Shown here: positions 9,793-18,943 of the stretch, in pieces | Numbering within the stretch: the first letter of the stretch is position 1 | Layout of the letters: each line of letters opens with the position of its first letter | Assembly: GCA_965223415.1 (NCBI GenBank) | Contig: OZ245002.1 | Location: 4,864,001 to 4,928,000, forward strand | DNA length: 64,000 bases | Source: Myxococcota bacterium | Lineage (GTDB): Bacteria > Myxococcota_A > UBA9160 > UBA6930 | Reading direction: 5' to 3' | Program-made: the position numbers and the translations under genes | The notes under the pieces: model-generated | Told to the model about the DNA's origin: nothing | Database searches by the model: none | Seen by the model: only the letters and a program-made list of their open reading frames with translations

Positions 9793-10893
9793 TCACAGCC
9801 CGCTCAGGTCCTCCGGCGGGCCGGCGCGGAGGTCCACCCGGGCACCGGTGCGCGCCGATTGGTAGGCGGCGGCGATCACCTCGAGCACGTCGCGCCCGGC
9901 CTGGCCGTCGGCGGGAAGCTCGCCGCCGCCGCGGAAGGCCTCGAGAGTCGCGTCGATCAGGCGACGGGTAGCATCCATGGGCGCGTTTCGCGGATTGCGC
10001 TCCAGGTGACTGCGGTCGGTGCCGCACTCGCTCCAGGCGATGCCCTCGGCGCCGAGCTCGACGCGCAGGTGGGGCCGGGTGGAGCGGTAGAGCCCGGCTG
10101 ACACCCGGGCGCGGCCGCCGTAGGAGGCGCGCAGGGTGGTCTCCTCGCAATCGGCCCGCACCTCGAAGTACTGGGTGTTCACGTGGGAGAGCCGGTTCTG
10201 GGTCACCTGGGCGAGCCGGCCGCCGGAGAACTCGAGGGTGACGAAGGCGACGGCGTCGCTCGCTTCCTCGCGGGCGCCGCAGCTCGACGTCGCCGCGGAG
10301 ACTGCGACGGGCTTCTCCCCGAATAGGAAGAGCAGATAGTCCACCAGGTGGAGGCCTGCCTCGTAGAGCACGCCGGAGAGCAGCTGGCCGCGCCAGCCCG
10401 GCTCCCTCCAGGGCGGCAGGTCCATGCACTGCCACGCCTGCGCCGTGACCAGGCCGCCGACCCCGGCCTCCCCGATGCGATCCTGGAGAGCGCGGAAGAT
10501 GGGCATGCAGCGGAACTCGTGGTTCAGGGCCAGGCGCCCGGTACCGGCGTCGGCAGCCGCCAGGATGCGATCCGCCTCGGCCAGGCTCGGCGCGAGGGGC
10601 TTCTCGCAGAGCACGTGGACGCCGGCCTCGAGGGCGGCGATGCAGACCGGCACGTGAGCCGCCGGCGGGGTCGCCACGACGATCACCTCGGGGGCCGTCG
10701 CGGCGAGCATCTCGGACAGGTCGGCGAAGGTGCGCAGACCGAAGTCCCGGCCGGCGGCCTCCCGCAGCGCTCCATCGAGATCGCAGCCACCCAGCAGCTC
10801 CGCGCCGGGAAGCGAAGCCAGGGCCGGCAGGTGCATGGCCCTCGCCGCGTTGCCGAGGCCCACCACGGCCACCTTCGTCATCGATTCCCCCAT
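9793..10893 (-). CDS. Gfo/Idh/MocA family oxidoreductase
   Basis: VAVVGLG, VATPP, HVLCEKP, HLVD. Confidence 0.93.
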   Translation of the reverse strand: MGESMTKVAVVGLGNAARAMHLPALASLPGAELLGGCDLDGALREAAGRDFGLRTFADLSEMLAATAPEVIVVATPPAAHVPVCIAALEAGVHVLCEKPLAPSLAEADRILAAADAGTGRLALNHEFRCMPIFRALQDRIGEAGVGGLVTAQAWQCMDLPPWREPGWRGQLLSGVLYEAGLHLVDYLLFLFGEKPVAVSAATSSCGAREEASDAVAFVTLEFSGGRLAQVTQNRLSHVNTQYFEVRADCEETTLRASYGGRARVSAGLYRSTRPHLRVELGAEGIAWSECGTDRSHLERNPRNAPMDATRRLIDATLEAFRGGGELPADGQAGRDVLEVIAAAYQSARTGARVDLRAGPPEDLSGL

Positions 10894-10897
10894 GGCT

Positions 10898-11800
10898 TCA
10901 ACACACCCGGGCCAGCGCGCCGCCATCACCGAGCCAGGCCCCGACCACCTCGCCCGCGGCCCAGGACGACACGAAGAGCGCCAGGAGCGGCAGCGACTTG
11001 ACGAGGTCTCCCTGCAGCCGGCCGGAGGCTCGCACCGCCTTCACCGTCCGCCACAGGAGCAGCGGCGGGAGTGCGAACGCGGCGGCGCCGTAGGCGAGGC
11101 GCCCGGCCGCGCTCTGACCCTCGGCCCGCATGGCGGCGTAGGAGCGCGCGTAGAGGAAGCGCTGGGAGAAGTACTCCCAGAACGTGTAGTGCTTCTTGTG
11201 GCCCACGCCGATCTCGGGGTGCGAGTGCAGGGTGACGCCCGCCTCGCGCATCGCGTCGTGGAGCCGGTTCTCCCAGCGACCCTCGGCGAGCACCGGGGCG
11301 AAGCGCTCGAGGAGCGCCCGCCGGTAGGTGACGTTGTTGCCCGTGAGCCACTCCGAGGGCCCCTCCGGCGGCGCCAGGCATGCGGCGTACTCGCAGAGGA
11401 ACGCGGCGCGGTCGATGAAGCGCACGTCGGCGGCGTTGTCCACGCGCCCGCCCACCACTTCCTCACCGGCGGCCTGGAGGACGAGCATGCGCCCGGCCCA
11501 GTCGGGAGGCACGCGCACGTGGTCTTCGATCACGCCGACCACCTCTGCCCGGGCGGCCTCGAAGGCGAGGCGGCGCATCTCGGGGATCGTGGTGGGCGGC
11601 GGGACCTCGAGAACGCGCACGTCGGGAAAGCGCTCGCGAAGGGGCGCCCTCACCGCTTCGCCGAGCCGGTCGACCACGAGCAGCTCGAGGGCGTGCCCGC
11701 CTTCCTGGGCCTGGAGCGCCTCCACTGCACCCTCCAGGTCCCCCCAGCCGTTGACCGAGGGAATCACGACGCTGAGCTGCGGCGGGGTCTCAGGCGGCAC
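10898..11800 (-). CDS. Glycosyltransferase family 2
   Basis: LSVVIP, VIEDH, VVGG, GNNVTY. Confidence 0.85.
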   Translation of the reverse strand: MPPETPPQLSVVIPSVNGWGDLEGAVEALQAQEGGHALELLVVDRLGEAVRAPLRERFPDVRVLEVPPPTTIPEMRRLAFEAARAEVVGVIEDHVRVPPDWAGRMLVLQAAGEEVVGGRVDNAADVRFIDRAAFLCEYAACLAPPEGPSEWLTGNNVTYRRALLERFAPVLAEGRWENRLHDAMREAGVTLHSHPEIGVGHKKHYTFWEYFSQRFLYARSYAAMRAEGQSAAGRLAYGAAAFALPPLLLWRTVKAVRASGRLQGDLVKSLPLLALFVSSWAAGEVVGAWLGDGGALARVC

Positions 11801-12668
11801 GCGCCACCTCGGCCGGCCCGCGGGCGTAACCGGCGGCCTCTCCGACCGACCAGGCCGCGAGGAAGGTCAGCGTGAAGGGCAGCGCGCGCAGGAACTCGCC
11901 TTCGCGCCCGTGGCGGGCGGCCGCCGCGACCCGGCGCAGCAGCAGGAACGGCAGGAGGGGTGTCGCGGCCAGGTAGGGCCAGCGGCGAATGGAGCCCTCG
12001 TCCACCAGGCGGCGGCGGGCGTAGGCGAAGCCGTGGTCGAAGCGGTCCCGGCAAAAAGCGCCCAACGCATAGCGGTGGTTCTGGTGGACGAGGGCGTCCG
12101 GCGCGAAGGCCACGGCGGTGTCCCTCGCCGCGAGACGCTCGTTCGCGACGTTCTCCCACAACCCCTCCCGGAACCAGCCGCCGATCTCCCGGGCGAGCTC
12201 GCCCGCGTAGGAAACGTTGGCCCCGGTCGGTGCAATCGGGGCTCCCGGCCCGGCAGCCTGCGGACCGAAGAAGCCGTACTCGGCGAAGAAGGCGCCGCAG
12301 TCGATGGCCCGATCGGTGCGCGCGTTGCCCATGGCGCCGCCGACCACCCGGGCGCCGGCGTCGTGGGCTCGCTCCAGGGCTTCGAGCCAGCCGGGCTGGG
12401 GCACGCAGTGATCCTCGGTGAGGGCGACCCTCTCGCCGGCGCAGGCGCCGAGGGCGAGGCCCCGCAGAAGCGGCACCGAGGCGTCGCCCGGCGCCTCCAC
12501 GAAACGCACCCCTGCGGGCTCCGGGGGGACGGCCGGCCCGTCGCCGGCCCGGGCGACCACGACCTCCGCCCCGCGCGCGCGCGCCTGGGGGAGGATCCCC
12601 TCCAGGCATGCGTCCAGCAGGCCGCGTTCGCGAAACGACGCGACGGCCACGGACCAGCTGCTGCCCAC
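11790..12668 (-). CDS. Glycosyltransferase family 2 (paralog of neighbour; start approximate)
   Basis: LTEDHC, VVGG, GANVSY; same architecture as 10898-11800. Confidence 0.82.
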   Translation of the reverse strand: MGSSWSVAVASFRERGLLDACLEGILPQARARGAEVVVARAGDGPAVPPEPAGVRFVEAPGDASVPLLRGLALGACAGERVALTEDHCVPQPGWLEALERAHDAGARVVGGAMGNARTDRAIDCGAFFAEYGFFGPQAAGPGAPIAPTGANVSYAGELAREIGGWFREGLWENVANERLAARDTAVAFAPDALVHQNHRYALGAFCRDRFDHGFAYARRRLVDEGSIRRWPYLAATPLLPFLLLRRVAAAARHGREGEFLRALPFTLTFLAAWSVGEAAGYARGPAEVARAA

Positions 12669-12801
12669 CAGGAAGGAACCTCCAGGCTGCGAGGCGAGGG
12701 GAGAGTAGTGGTTTCGGTACGGCGGCGAGAGCGCTGAAGCCTGTCGCGAGCGCCGCCGGCGCCGTGCTGAAGCCGCCGCGCCGATCGGCCGACCGGGAGG
12801 C

Positions 12802-13725
12802 ATGCGATGTCCGCGCTGTGACCACGAGCAGGTCTTTCCGGGCGCCGAGTGCGAGCGCTGCGGGATCGTGTTCGCGCGCTGGCGGACGGACGCCCCCGGC
12901 GACACGCGCAGGAGGAAGGACGCCCCGGGCGACGCGCCCGGGCCGATCCGGCACGCGGCTTCCGCTTCCCGACCGCCCCTCGAGCCCGCCGCTCGCCGTG
13001 CACTCGGAGTCGGCCTCACCCTCGCGCTCGCGACGCAGCTCGCGCCCGTGCTCCAGATGCTCATCCAATACATGGTCGTGCTGGTCCACGAGCTGGGTCA
13101 CGCGGCCGCCGGTTGGCTGTTCGGGTTCCCCTCGGTTCCCGCCTTCGACTTCATGTACGGCGGTGGGGTGACCACCCATGCGGAGCGCTCCAAGACCCTG
13201 GTGCTGCTCGTGCTCGGGGCTGGGGGCTTCGGCCTATGGAGCCTCCGCGAGCACCCGCGCCTCATGCGCTTCGGGCTCGCCACTTGCGGTCTCTACCTGC
13301 TCGCGATCGGCGTGGGCGCGGACGAGGCCCTGATCCTCGCCATGGGGCACGGGGCGGAGCTCGGGTTCGCGGGGCTCTTCTTCTACCGGGCCCTCACCGG
13401 CTCGGGCTGTCACCTGGAGGCGGAGCGTCCGCTCTACGCCTGGCTCGCCGGCCACATCGTGCTGTTCGACCTGCGCTTCGCCTGGGGTCTGGCGACCAGC
13501 GCCGCGGAGCGCGCTCGCTACGGGGCCGCCAAGGGCGGCGGCCACTGGATGGACTTCTCCCGGCTGGCGGACGAGGTGCTCCACGTGCCCCTCGAGGGCC
13601 TGGCGGTCGCCTTCGGCCTGCTATGCCTGGTGCCGCTTCCGCTGGCCTGGCGCCTGGCGCGACGCCCGCGCGGGAGCGAGGAGCTGCCCGCGGTCGCCGA
13701 CGAGCCGATCCCTTCGCTGGGCTAG
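12802..13725 (+). CDS. Zinc-ribbon membrane metallopeptidase (M50-like)
   Basis: CPRC..CERC zinc ribbon, HELGH motif, TM helices. Confidence 0.7.
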   Translation: MRCPRCDHEQVFPGAECERCGIVFARWRTDAPGDTRRRKDAPGDAPGPIRHAASASRPPLEPAARRALGVGLTLALATQLAPVLQMLIQYMVVLVHELGHAAAGWLFGFPSVPAFDFMYGGGVTTHAERSKTLVLLVLGAGGFGLWSLREHPRLMRFGLATCGLYLLAIGVGADEALILAMGHGAELGFAGLFFYRALTGSGCHLEAERPLYAWLAGHIVLFDLRFAWGLATSAAERARYGAAKGGGHWMDFSRLADEVLHVPLEGLAVAFGLLCLVPLPLAWRLARRPRGSEELPAVADEPIPSLG

Positions 13726-13759
13726 GCTCGCCCGCCATGCCGGCGACGACCGCGGGACC

Positions 13760-15073
13760 ATGAGCGACGCGCCGGACGAACAGGTCGCGCACACCGCCGA
13801 GACCCCACCCGGCTGGCGGCGCGAGGGCGTGGCCGGAATCACCACGTTCCTCACCCTCGCCTACATCGTCGTGGTCAACCCGACCATCCTCGCGGCGGAG
13901 GGCACCGGCATTCCCTTCGACGGCGCCGTCACCGCGACGGTGCTGCTGGCGGCGGGTGCGACCCTCCTGATGGGAATCCACGCCCGCCTGCCCTACGCGG
14001 TGGCGCCGGGCATGGGGCTGAACGCCTTCCTCGCCTACGGCCTCGTGCTGGGCCGCGACATCCCATGGCCGGTCGCCCTCGGCATGGTCTTCTGGTCCGG
14101 CGTCGTCTTCCTCGTGCTCTCGCTCACGCCGCTGCGCGAGGCGATCGTCCGCGCCATCCCGCCCTCGCTGCGGGCCGCGGCGGCGGCGGGGATCGGGCTC
14201 TTCCTGGCCTTCCTCGGTCTCCGCAACGGTGGCGTCGTCGTCGCACACCCGAGCACCCTGGTCGCTTTCGGCGGGCTCTCCTTCCCGGTGTTGATGACCG
14301 TCGCCGGCGTGGCCACCGCCCTCTTCGGCCTGCAACGTCGCAGTCCGTGGGCGTTCCTGGGCAGCGTGGCCCTCACGACGGCCCTCGCCGCCGGCACGGG
14401 CCGCATCGACCTGCCCGAGACTTGGCTCCGTGCTCCGGACTTCTCCCTGCTGGGCGCCCTCGATCCGGTCGGCGCCCTCGAGCTGGCGCTGCTCCCGGCC
14501 ATCGTCGCCCTCTTCTTCACCGACCTCTTCGACTCCCTCTCCACCTTCGTGGGCGTGTCGAAGGCCACGGGGATGGTCGACGGACGGGGCGAGCCGCTCC
14601 GGCTGCGAGAGGGCCTGCGGGTGGACGCGCTGGCCACCCTCGGAGCCGGGCTCCTGGGGACGTCGTCGGGGACGACCTTCATCGAGAGCGCCGCGGGCAT
14701 CGAGGCCGGCGGCCGGAGCGGGCGGACGGCCATCGTCACCGCGGCCTGCCTGCTCCCCTGCCTGTTCGTCGCGCCATTGGCAGCGGCCGTGCCGGCCTAC
14801 GCGACGGCCCCGGTGCTGATCGTGGTCGGCGGCCTGCTGTTCCGCAGCGTGGCGGAGCTCTCGGGGGCGACGCCGGAGGAGCTCTTCCCGGCCTTCCTCA
14901 CCGTGATCCTGATCCCGCTCACCTTCTCGATCACCCAGGGCGTCCTGTGGGGCCTCGTCGCCCACGCTGCGCTCTTCGCCCTGGCGGGCCGGCGTCGGGA
15001 GCTCTCCCCGGTGACGATGGCCCTCGCCGTCCTGTGCGCCCTGCTCCTCGCGCTCGACGCCATCGCGCGCTGA
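13760..15073 (+). CDS. NCS2/AzgA family nucleobase permease
   Basis: AGITTFLTLAYIVVVNP, APGMGLNAF, TFIESAAG, IPLTFSI. Confidence 0.93.
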   Translation: MSDAPDEQVAHTAETPPGWRREGVAGITTFLTLAYIVVVNPTILAAEGTGIPFDGAVTATVLLAAGATLLMGIHARLPYAVAPGMGLNAFLAYGLVLGRDIPWPVALGMVFWSGVVFLVLSLTPLREAIVRAIPPSLRAAAAAGIGLFLAFLGLRNGGVVVAHPSTLVAFGGLSFPVLMTVAGVATALFGLQRRSPWAFLGSVALTTALAAGTGRIDLPETWLRAPDFSLLGALDPVGALELALLPAIVALFFTDLFDSLSTFVGVSKATGMVDGRGEPLRLREGLRVDALATLGAGLLGTSSGTTFIESAAGIEAGGRSGRTAIVTAACLLPCLFVAPLAAAVPAYATAPVLIVVGGLLFRSVAELSGATPEELFPAFLTVILIPLTFSITQGVLWGLVAHAALFALAGRRRELSPVTMALAVLCALLLALDAIAR

Positions 15074-15075
15074 CG

Positions 15076-15633
15076 CTAGGCGGAGACCGGGGCGAAGCAG
15101 ACCACGGTCACCGCGACGGCGGGCCTTCGGGCGTCGAGGTTGCGGTAGACGTGGCGCTGGTCGCCGCGGAAGACCAGGGCGTCGCCGGCGGCGAGCTGCC
15201 AGCGCTCGCCGGAGGCGACCAGCTCGAGCTTGCCGCGCTCGCAGGTCAGGTACTCCCGGGTGCCCGCGGTGTGCGGAACGCCCGGCATCTGCCCGCCCGG
15301 CGCGAGCTCCATGCGGGAGATGTCGAGGCCGGGAATGGGCTCGGGGAGAAGCGGCCGCAGGGTCGCGCCCGAGCGCTTGCGCGCCTTCACGTCGGCGGCC
15401 TTCACCAGTCGCGCCGCCGTGCGCGGAGCGCCGATCAGCTCCTCGATCGAGACCTGGAGGGCCGCCGCCGCCCGGCTCAGCACGCTCAGCGTCGGATTCG
15501 CCGAGCCCGACTCCAGACTGGCCCAGGTCGGCCGGGGAATGCCGGAGAGCTGCGCCATCTTCTGCTGGGAGAGGCCACGGGCCTCCCGCAGCCGGCGGGC
15601 GTTGGTGGCCAAGTTGGCTCGTGAATCGTCCAT
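15076..15633 (-). CDS. XRE-family HTH-cupin transcriptional regulator
   Basis: LREARGLSQ..LESGSANPTL plus cupin (H..GTREY, GD.L.F.GD..H.YRN). Confidence 0.9.
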   Translation of the reverse strand: MDDSRANLATNARRLREARGLSQQKMAQLSGIPRPTWASLESGSANPTLSVLSRAAAALQVSIEELIGAPRTAARLVKAADVKARKRSGATLRPLLPEPIPGLDISRMELAPGGQMPGVPHTAGTREYLTCERGKLELVASGERWQLAAGDALVFRGDQRHVYRNLDARRPAVAVTVVCFAPVSA

Positions 15634-15733
15634 CCGGACGATGAAGTAGCATCCTGCCAGCGAAATAGCCATTCGGTCGAAACAGCGACCATCTCGACCG
15701 ATGCTCCCGGAGCGCACCCAGGGAGAACCACCA

Positions 15734-16168
15734 ATGACCCTCCGCCTCGAACACGCCAACCTCGCCGTCCGCGACGTCGACGCCGCCGTCCACTTCCTCC
15801 AGACCGCCTTCCCCTCGTTCCGCATCCGGAGGGAAGGCAAGACCTGGCAGGGCTGGCGCTGGGTCCACGTGGGCACGGACGACACCTACGTCGCCGTCAC
15901 CGAGGCCCCGGAAGATCCCGCGGAGGCCTGGCAGCCCTATGCGGGCAAGCCCGGCCTGAACCACCTGGGCTACGAGGTGAACGACGTGGAGGCTCTCCGG
16001 CGCCGGCTCGCCGCCGCCGGGTACCGGGACTCGACCGTCCCCAACGACCACCCTCATCGCCGGCGGGTCTACTTCCACGACGCCGAGGGCAACGACTGGG
16101 AGTTCGTGGAGTACCGCTCCGACGATCCGGACGAGCGCAACGACTACGACCTGCCCGACGCCACCTAG
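15734..16168 (+). CDS. VOC/glyoxalase family protein
   Basis: LEHANL.V, LNHLGYEV, YFHD.EGN.WE; GGAG RBS. Confidence 0.9.
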   Translation: MTLRLEHANLAVRDVDAAVHFLQTAFPSFRIRREGKTWQGWRWVHVGTDDTYVAVTEAPEDPAEAWQPYAGKPGLNHLGYEVNDVEALRRRLAAAGYRDSTVPNDHPHRRRVYFHDAEGNDWEFVEYRSDDPDERNDYDLPDAT

Positions 16169-16171
16169 ACC

Positions 16172-16204
16172 TTGACAAGAGATAATGTTTCCATAATTAT
16201 GGAA
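16172..16204 (+). promoter_or_regulatory. Sigma70-like promoter with 16-bp palindromic operator upstream of arsM
   Basis: TTGACA at 16172, 17 bp spacer, AATTAT at 16195; perfect palindrome TTCCATAATTATGGAA at 16189-16204 in an AT-rich patch. Confidence 0.75.
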
Positions 16205-16206
16205 CT

Positions 16207-17031
16207 ATGAGTTCTAGCCACTCTCCGAGACGACCCGACGACCCCGACCAGCTCCGCGCCCTCGTCCGTGAGGGATACACCCGGGTGGCCACCGGCCAGG
16301 ATGCCGCGGGCCAGGCCGCGGAGACGGCCCGCCGCATCGGATACAGCCAGAGCGAGCTCGACGCCGTGCCCGAGGGGAGCAACCTCGGGGTCGGCTGCGG
16401 CAATCCCACGGCCATCGACCGGCTGCGCGCGGGCGAGACGGTGGTCGACCTGGGCTCCGGGGCCGGCATGGACGCCTTCCTCGCCGCTCGCCAGGTCGGG
16501 CCGACGGGCCGGGTGATCGGCGTCGACATGACCGAGGCCATGCTCGAGAAGGCCCGACGGGGGGCCCGCAGCGTGGGCGTCGACGGCATCGTTGAGTTCC
16601 GGCGGGGCCAGATCGAGGCGCTCCCGATCGAGGACGAGAGCGTCGACGTGATCCTCTCCAACTGCGTGATCAACCTCTCTCCGGAGAAGGACCGGGTCTT
16701 CGCCGAGGCCTACCGTGTGCTCCGCCCGGGCGGCCGGCTGATGATCTCGGACGTGGTGCTGGATCGGCCCCTGCCCGAGGCGGTGCTAGGCGCGGTCGAC
16801 GCCTATCTGGGCTGCGTGGGCGGCGCCAGCCTGCGCGGCGCCTACCTCGAGGCCATCGCCGAGGCCGGCTTCTCCGGGATCCGCGTGGATCGGGAGGCGA
16901 GCTTCGTGGACGCGATCTCGCTCGACGATCCCCAGGTCCGCGAGGCGATGGACCGCCTCGGGATCTCCGACGAGGAGGCCCGCGGTTATGCCGACGCCGT
17001 CACGAGCCTTCACGTCTTCGCCGTGAAGTAG
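16207..17031 (+). CDS. arsM: Arsenite S-adenosylmethionine methyltransferase
   Basis: NLGVGCGNP, VDLGSGAG.D, ILSNCVINLSPEK, GCVGGA. Confidence 0.85.
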   Translation: MSSSHSPRRPDDPDQLRALVREGYTRVATGQDAAGQAAETARRIGYSQSELDAVPEGSNLGVGCGNPTAIDRLRAGETVVDLGSGAGMDAFLAARQVGPTGRVIGVDMTEAMLEKARRGARSVGVDGIVEFRRGQIEALPIEDESVDVILSNCVINLSPEKDRVFAEAYRVLRPGGRLMISDVVLDRPLPEAVLGAVDAYLGCVGGASLRGAYLEAIAEAGFSGIRVDREASFVDAISLDDPQVREAMDRLGISDEEARGYADAVTSLHVFAVK

Positions 17032-17083
17032 GGGGGGCCTGCCGGGATTGCGGCGCCCCGGCGCCGCGTGCGACCATGGCGCG

Positions 17084-18943
17084 ATGGAGCCCGGGTCGTT
17101 CGACGAGCGGCTGGACCTCGGCATCGAGCGAGCCCTGGCGGGCCTGCTCGCCGACCAGCTGCCGAGCGGGCGTTGGTCGGGGGAGACCCACGCCGGCCCC
17201 GCCTACACGGCCATGGTGCTGATCACCGAGGCCAGGCTCGGCGTGCTGTCCAAGAGCGACGCCGACGAGGGCGCCCGCTGGCTCCGCCACCATCAGGAGG
17301 AGGACGGCTCCTTCGCGCCGTCGGCCACCCTTCCCGGCACGCCCAACGCCACGGCCCTCTGCTGGGGCGCCCTGTGCGCCGTCGGCCACGGCGAAGACGA
17401 CCCCACGGTGCGCGCCGCGCGGACCTGGCTCGACGCCCACGGCGGGCTGGCGGAGCTCGACCTGCTGACCCGCGTCTGGCTCGCCCTGGCCGGAGAGCTG
17501 GAGCCGAAAGGCCTCGGCACGAGCACCCTCTTCCCCCTGCTCCTGCCGGGCTTCCACCGCTCCCTCGGGCGGCGCTTCCTCTTCTTCGTGCCGCTCATGG
17601 CGACCCTCTTGCCCGCCGTGGTGCGCGGCCTGCGAAGGGGCGCACCGCTGCGCGGTGGCCCCCTCTTCGGCCTCGAGCGGAACGCGGCACTCCGCTATCT
17701 CAGCGACCGCCAGAACCCGGATGGCAGCTTCGCATCGCTGGCCACTACCACCTGCTTCGGCGCCCTGGCCCTGCACGCCCTCGGCGTCCCCCGTACGGAT
17801 CCGCGCTTGCACGGCGCCGTGCGCTACCTGCATCACCTCAAATCCTACGAGGGCGCGGGCATGTACGTCATGCCCTACACGGCCGAGGTCTGGAACACGG
17901 CCGAGGCGGTCCGGGCGCTCCTGATCGAGGGCGGCGAGGAGGCGCACCGGGCGGCGGCCCGGGGCGTGGCCTACCTGGTGGGCCAGCAATGCGACGACCC
18001 GGAGCCCGAGGACTGGCAGAACCCGGCCGCGGGCGCTCCGCGCACCGGCGCCTTCCCCTTCGAAGCGGGCAACGAGCTCGCCCCGGATTGCGACACCACC
18101 GCGGCGGTGCTCGCGGCCCTGCGCATGGCCGCCGCGGCCGGCCAGGGCGATGCCCTGGCGGCGCCCCGCGAACGGGCGTGGCGCTGGCTCGTGGCCATGC
18201 AGAACCCAGGCGGCGGCTGGCCGGCCTTCACCCACGGCCTGCCCGAGAAGCCCCCGAGGCCACTCTTCCTGGACGGCACGCCGGAGCTTCCGGGCACGGT
18301 CTTCGGCATGGCGAAGCTCCTGCTGCGGCCGCCGGCCGAGCTCTCGGACCCGGCCTGGGAAGACGTCACCGGGCGCCTGCTCCGCGCCCTCGGCGAGGAA
18401 GGCCGGCGCCTCGACGACCCGATCGTCGCCGAGGCCATCCTCTTCCTGCAGCGCCAGCAGGCCCCGAGCGGCGCCTGGTGGGGCCGCTGGCAGGTGAACT
18501 ACCTCGGCGCCACCTCCTACGTGCTGCTCGGGCTCATCGCCGTGGGGCAGGATGCGCGCGAGGCCTGGGTGCAGCGCGCGGTGGCCTTCCTCCTCGAGCA
18601 CCAGAACGAGGACGGCGGCTGGGGCGAGTCCCTCGAGAGCTACCGCGATCCCGACCAGGCCGGGCGGGGACCGAGCGGCGTCCTGCAGACGGCGACGGTG
18701 CTGCTGGCCCTCCAGGCCGTACGCCACCAGGGCGACGACGTCGGGGTTCCCGACGAGGCGCTCCGCCTCGGGATCGAGCACCTGCTCGACCGGCAGGACG
18801 CCTCGGGGCTGTGGCCGATCCGTGAGCCGACCGGCGTGATGACGCCGCCCTTCGACTTCTACTGCAATCCGCTCTACGGCCGGAGCGTCGCCTTCGAGGC
18901 CCTGCTGATCCACCGGAGCCTGAGGCGGGGCACCCACGCTTGA
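17084..18943 (+). CDS. Squalene-hopene-cyclase-like class II triterpene cyclase, variant acid motif
   Basis: QW repeats (QNPDGSF, QNPGGGW, QNEDGGWGE), VWNTA, PDCDTTA, DVTG, WWGRWQVNY. Confidence 0.85.
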   Translation: MEPGSFDERLDLGIERALAGLLADQLPSGRWSGETHAGPAYTAMVLITEARLGVLSKSDADEGARWLRHHQEEDGSFAPSATLPGTPNATALCWGALCAVGHGEDDPTVRAARTWLDAHGGLAELDLLTRVWLALAGELEPKGLGTSTLFPLLLPGFHRSLGRRFLFFVPLMATLLPAVVRGLRRGAPLRGGPLFGLERNAALRYLSDRQNPDGSFASLATTTCFGALALHALGVPRTDPRLHGAVRYLHHLKSYEGAGMYVMPYTAEVWNTAEAVRALLIEGGEEAHRAAARGVAYLVGQQCDDPEPEDWQNPAAGAPRTGAFPFEAGNELAPDCDTTAAVLAALRMAAAAGQGDALAAPRERAWRWLVAMQNPGGGWPAFTHGLPEKPPRPLFLDGTPELPGTVFGMAKLLLRPPAELSDPAWEDVTGRLLRALGEEGRRLDDPIVAEAILFLQRQQAPSGAWWGRWQVNYLGATSYVLLGLIAVGQDAREAWVQRAVAFLLEHQNEDGGWGESLESYRDPDQAGRGPSGVLQTATVLLALQAVRHQGDDVGVPDEALRLGIEHLLDRQDASGLWPIREPTGVMTPPFDFYCNPLYGRSVAFEALLIHRSLRRGTHA

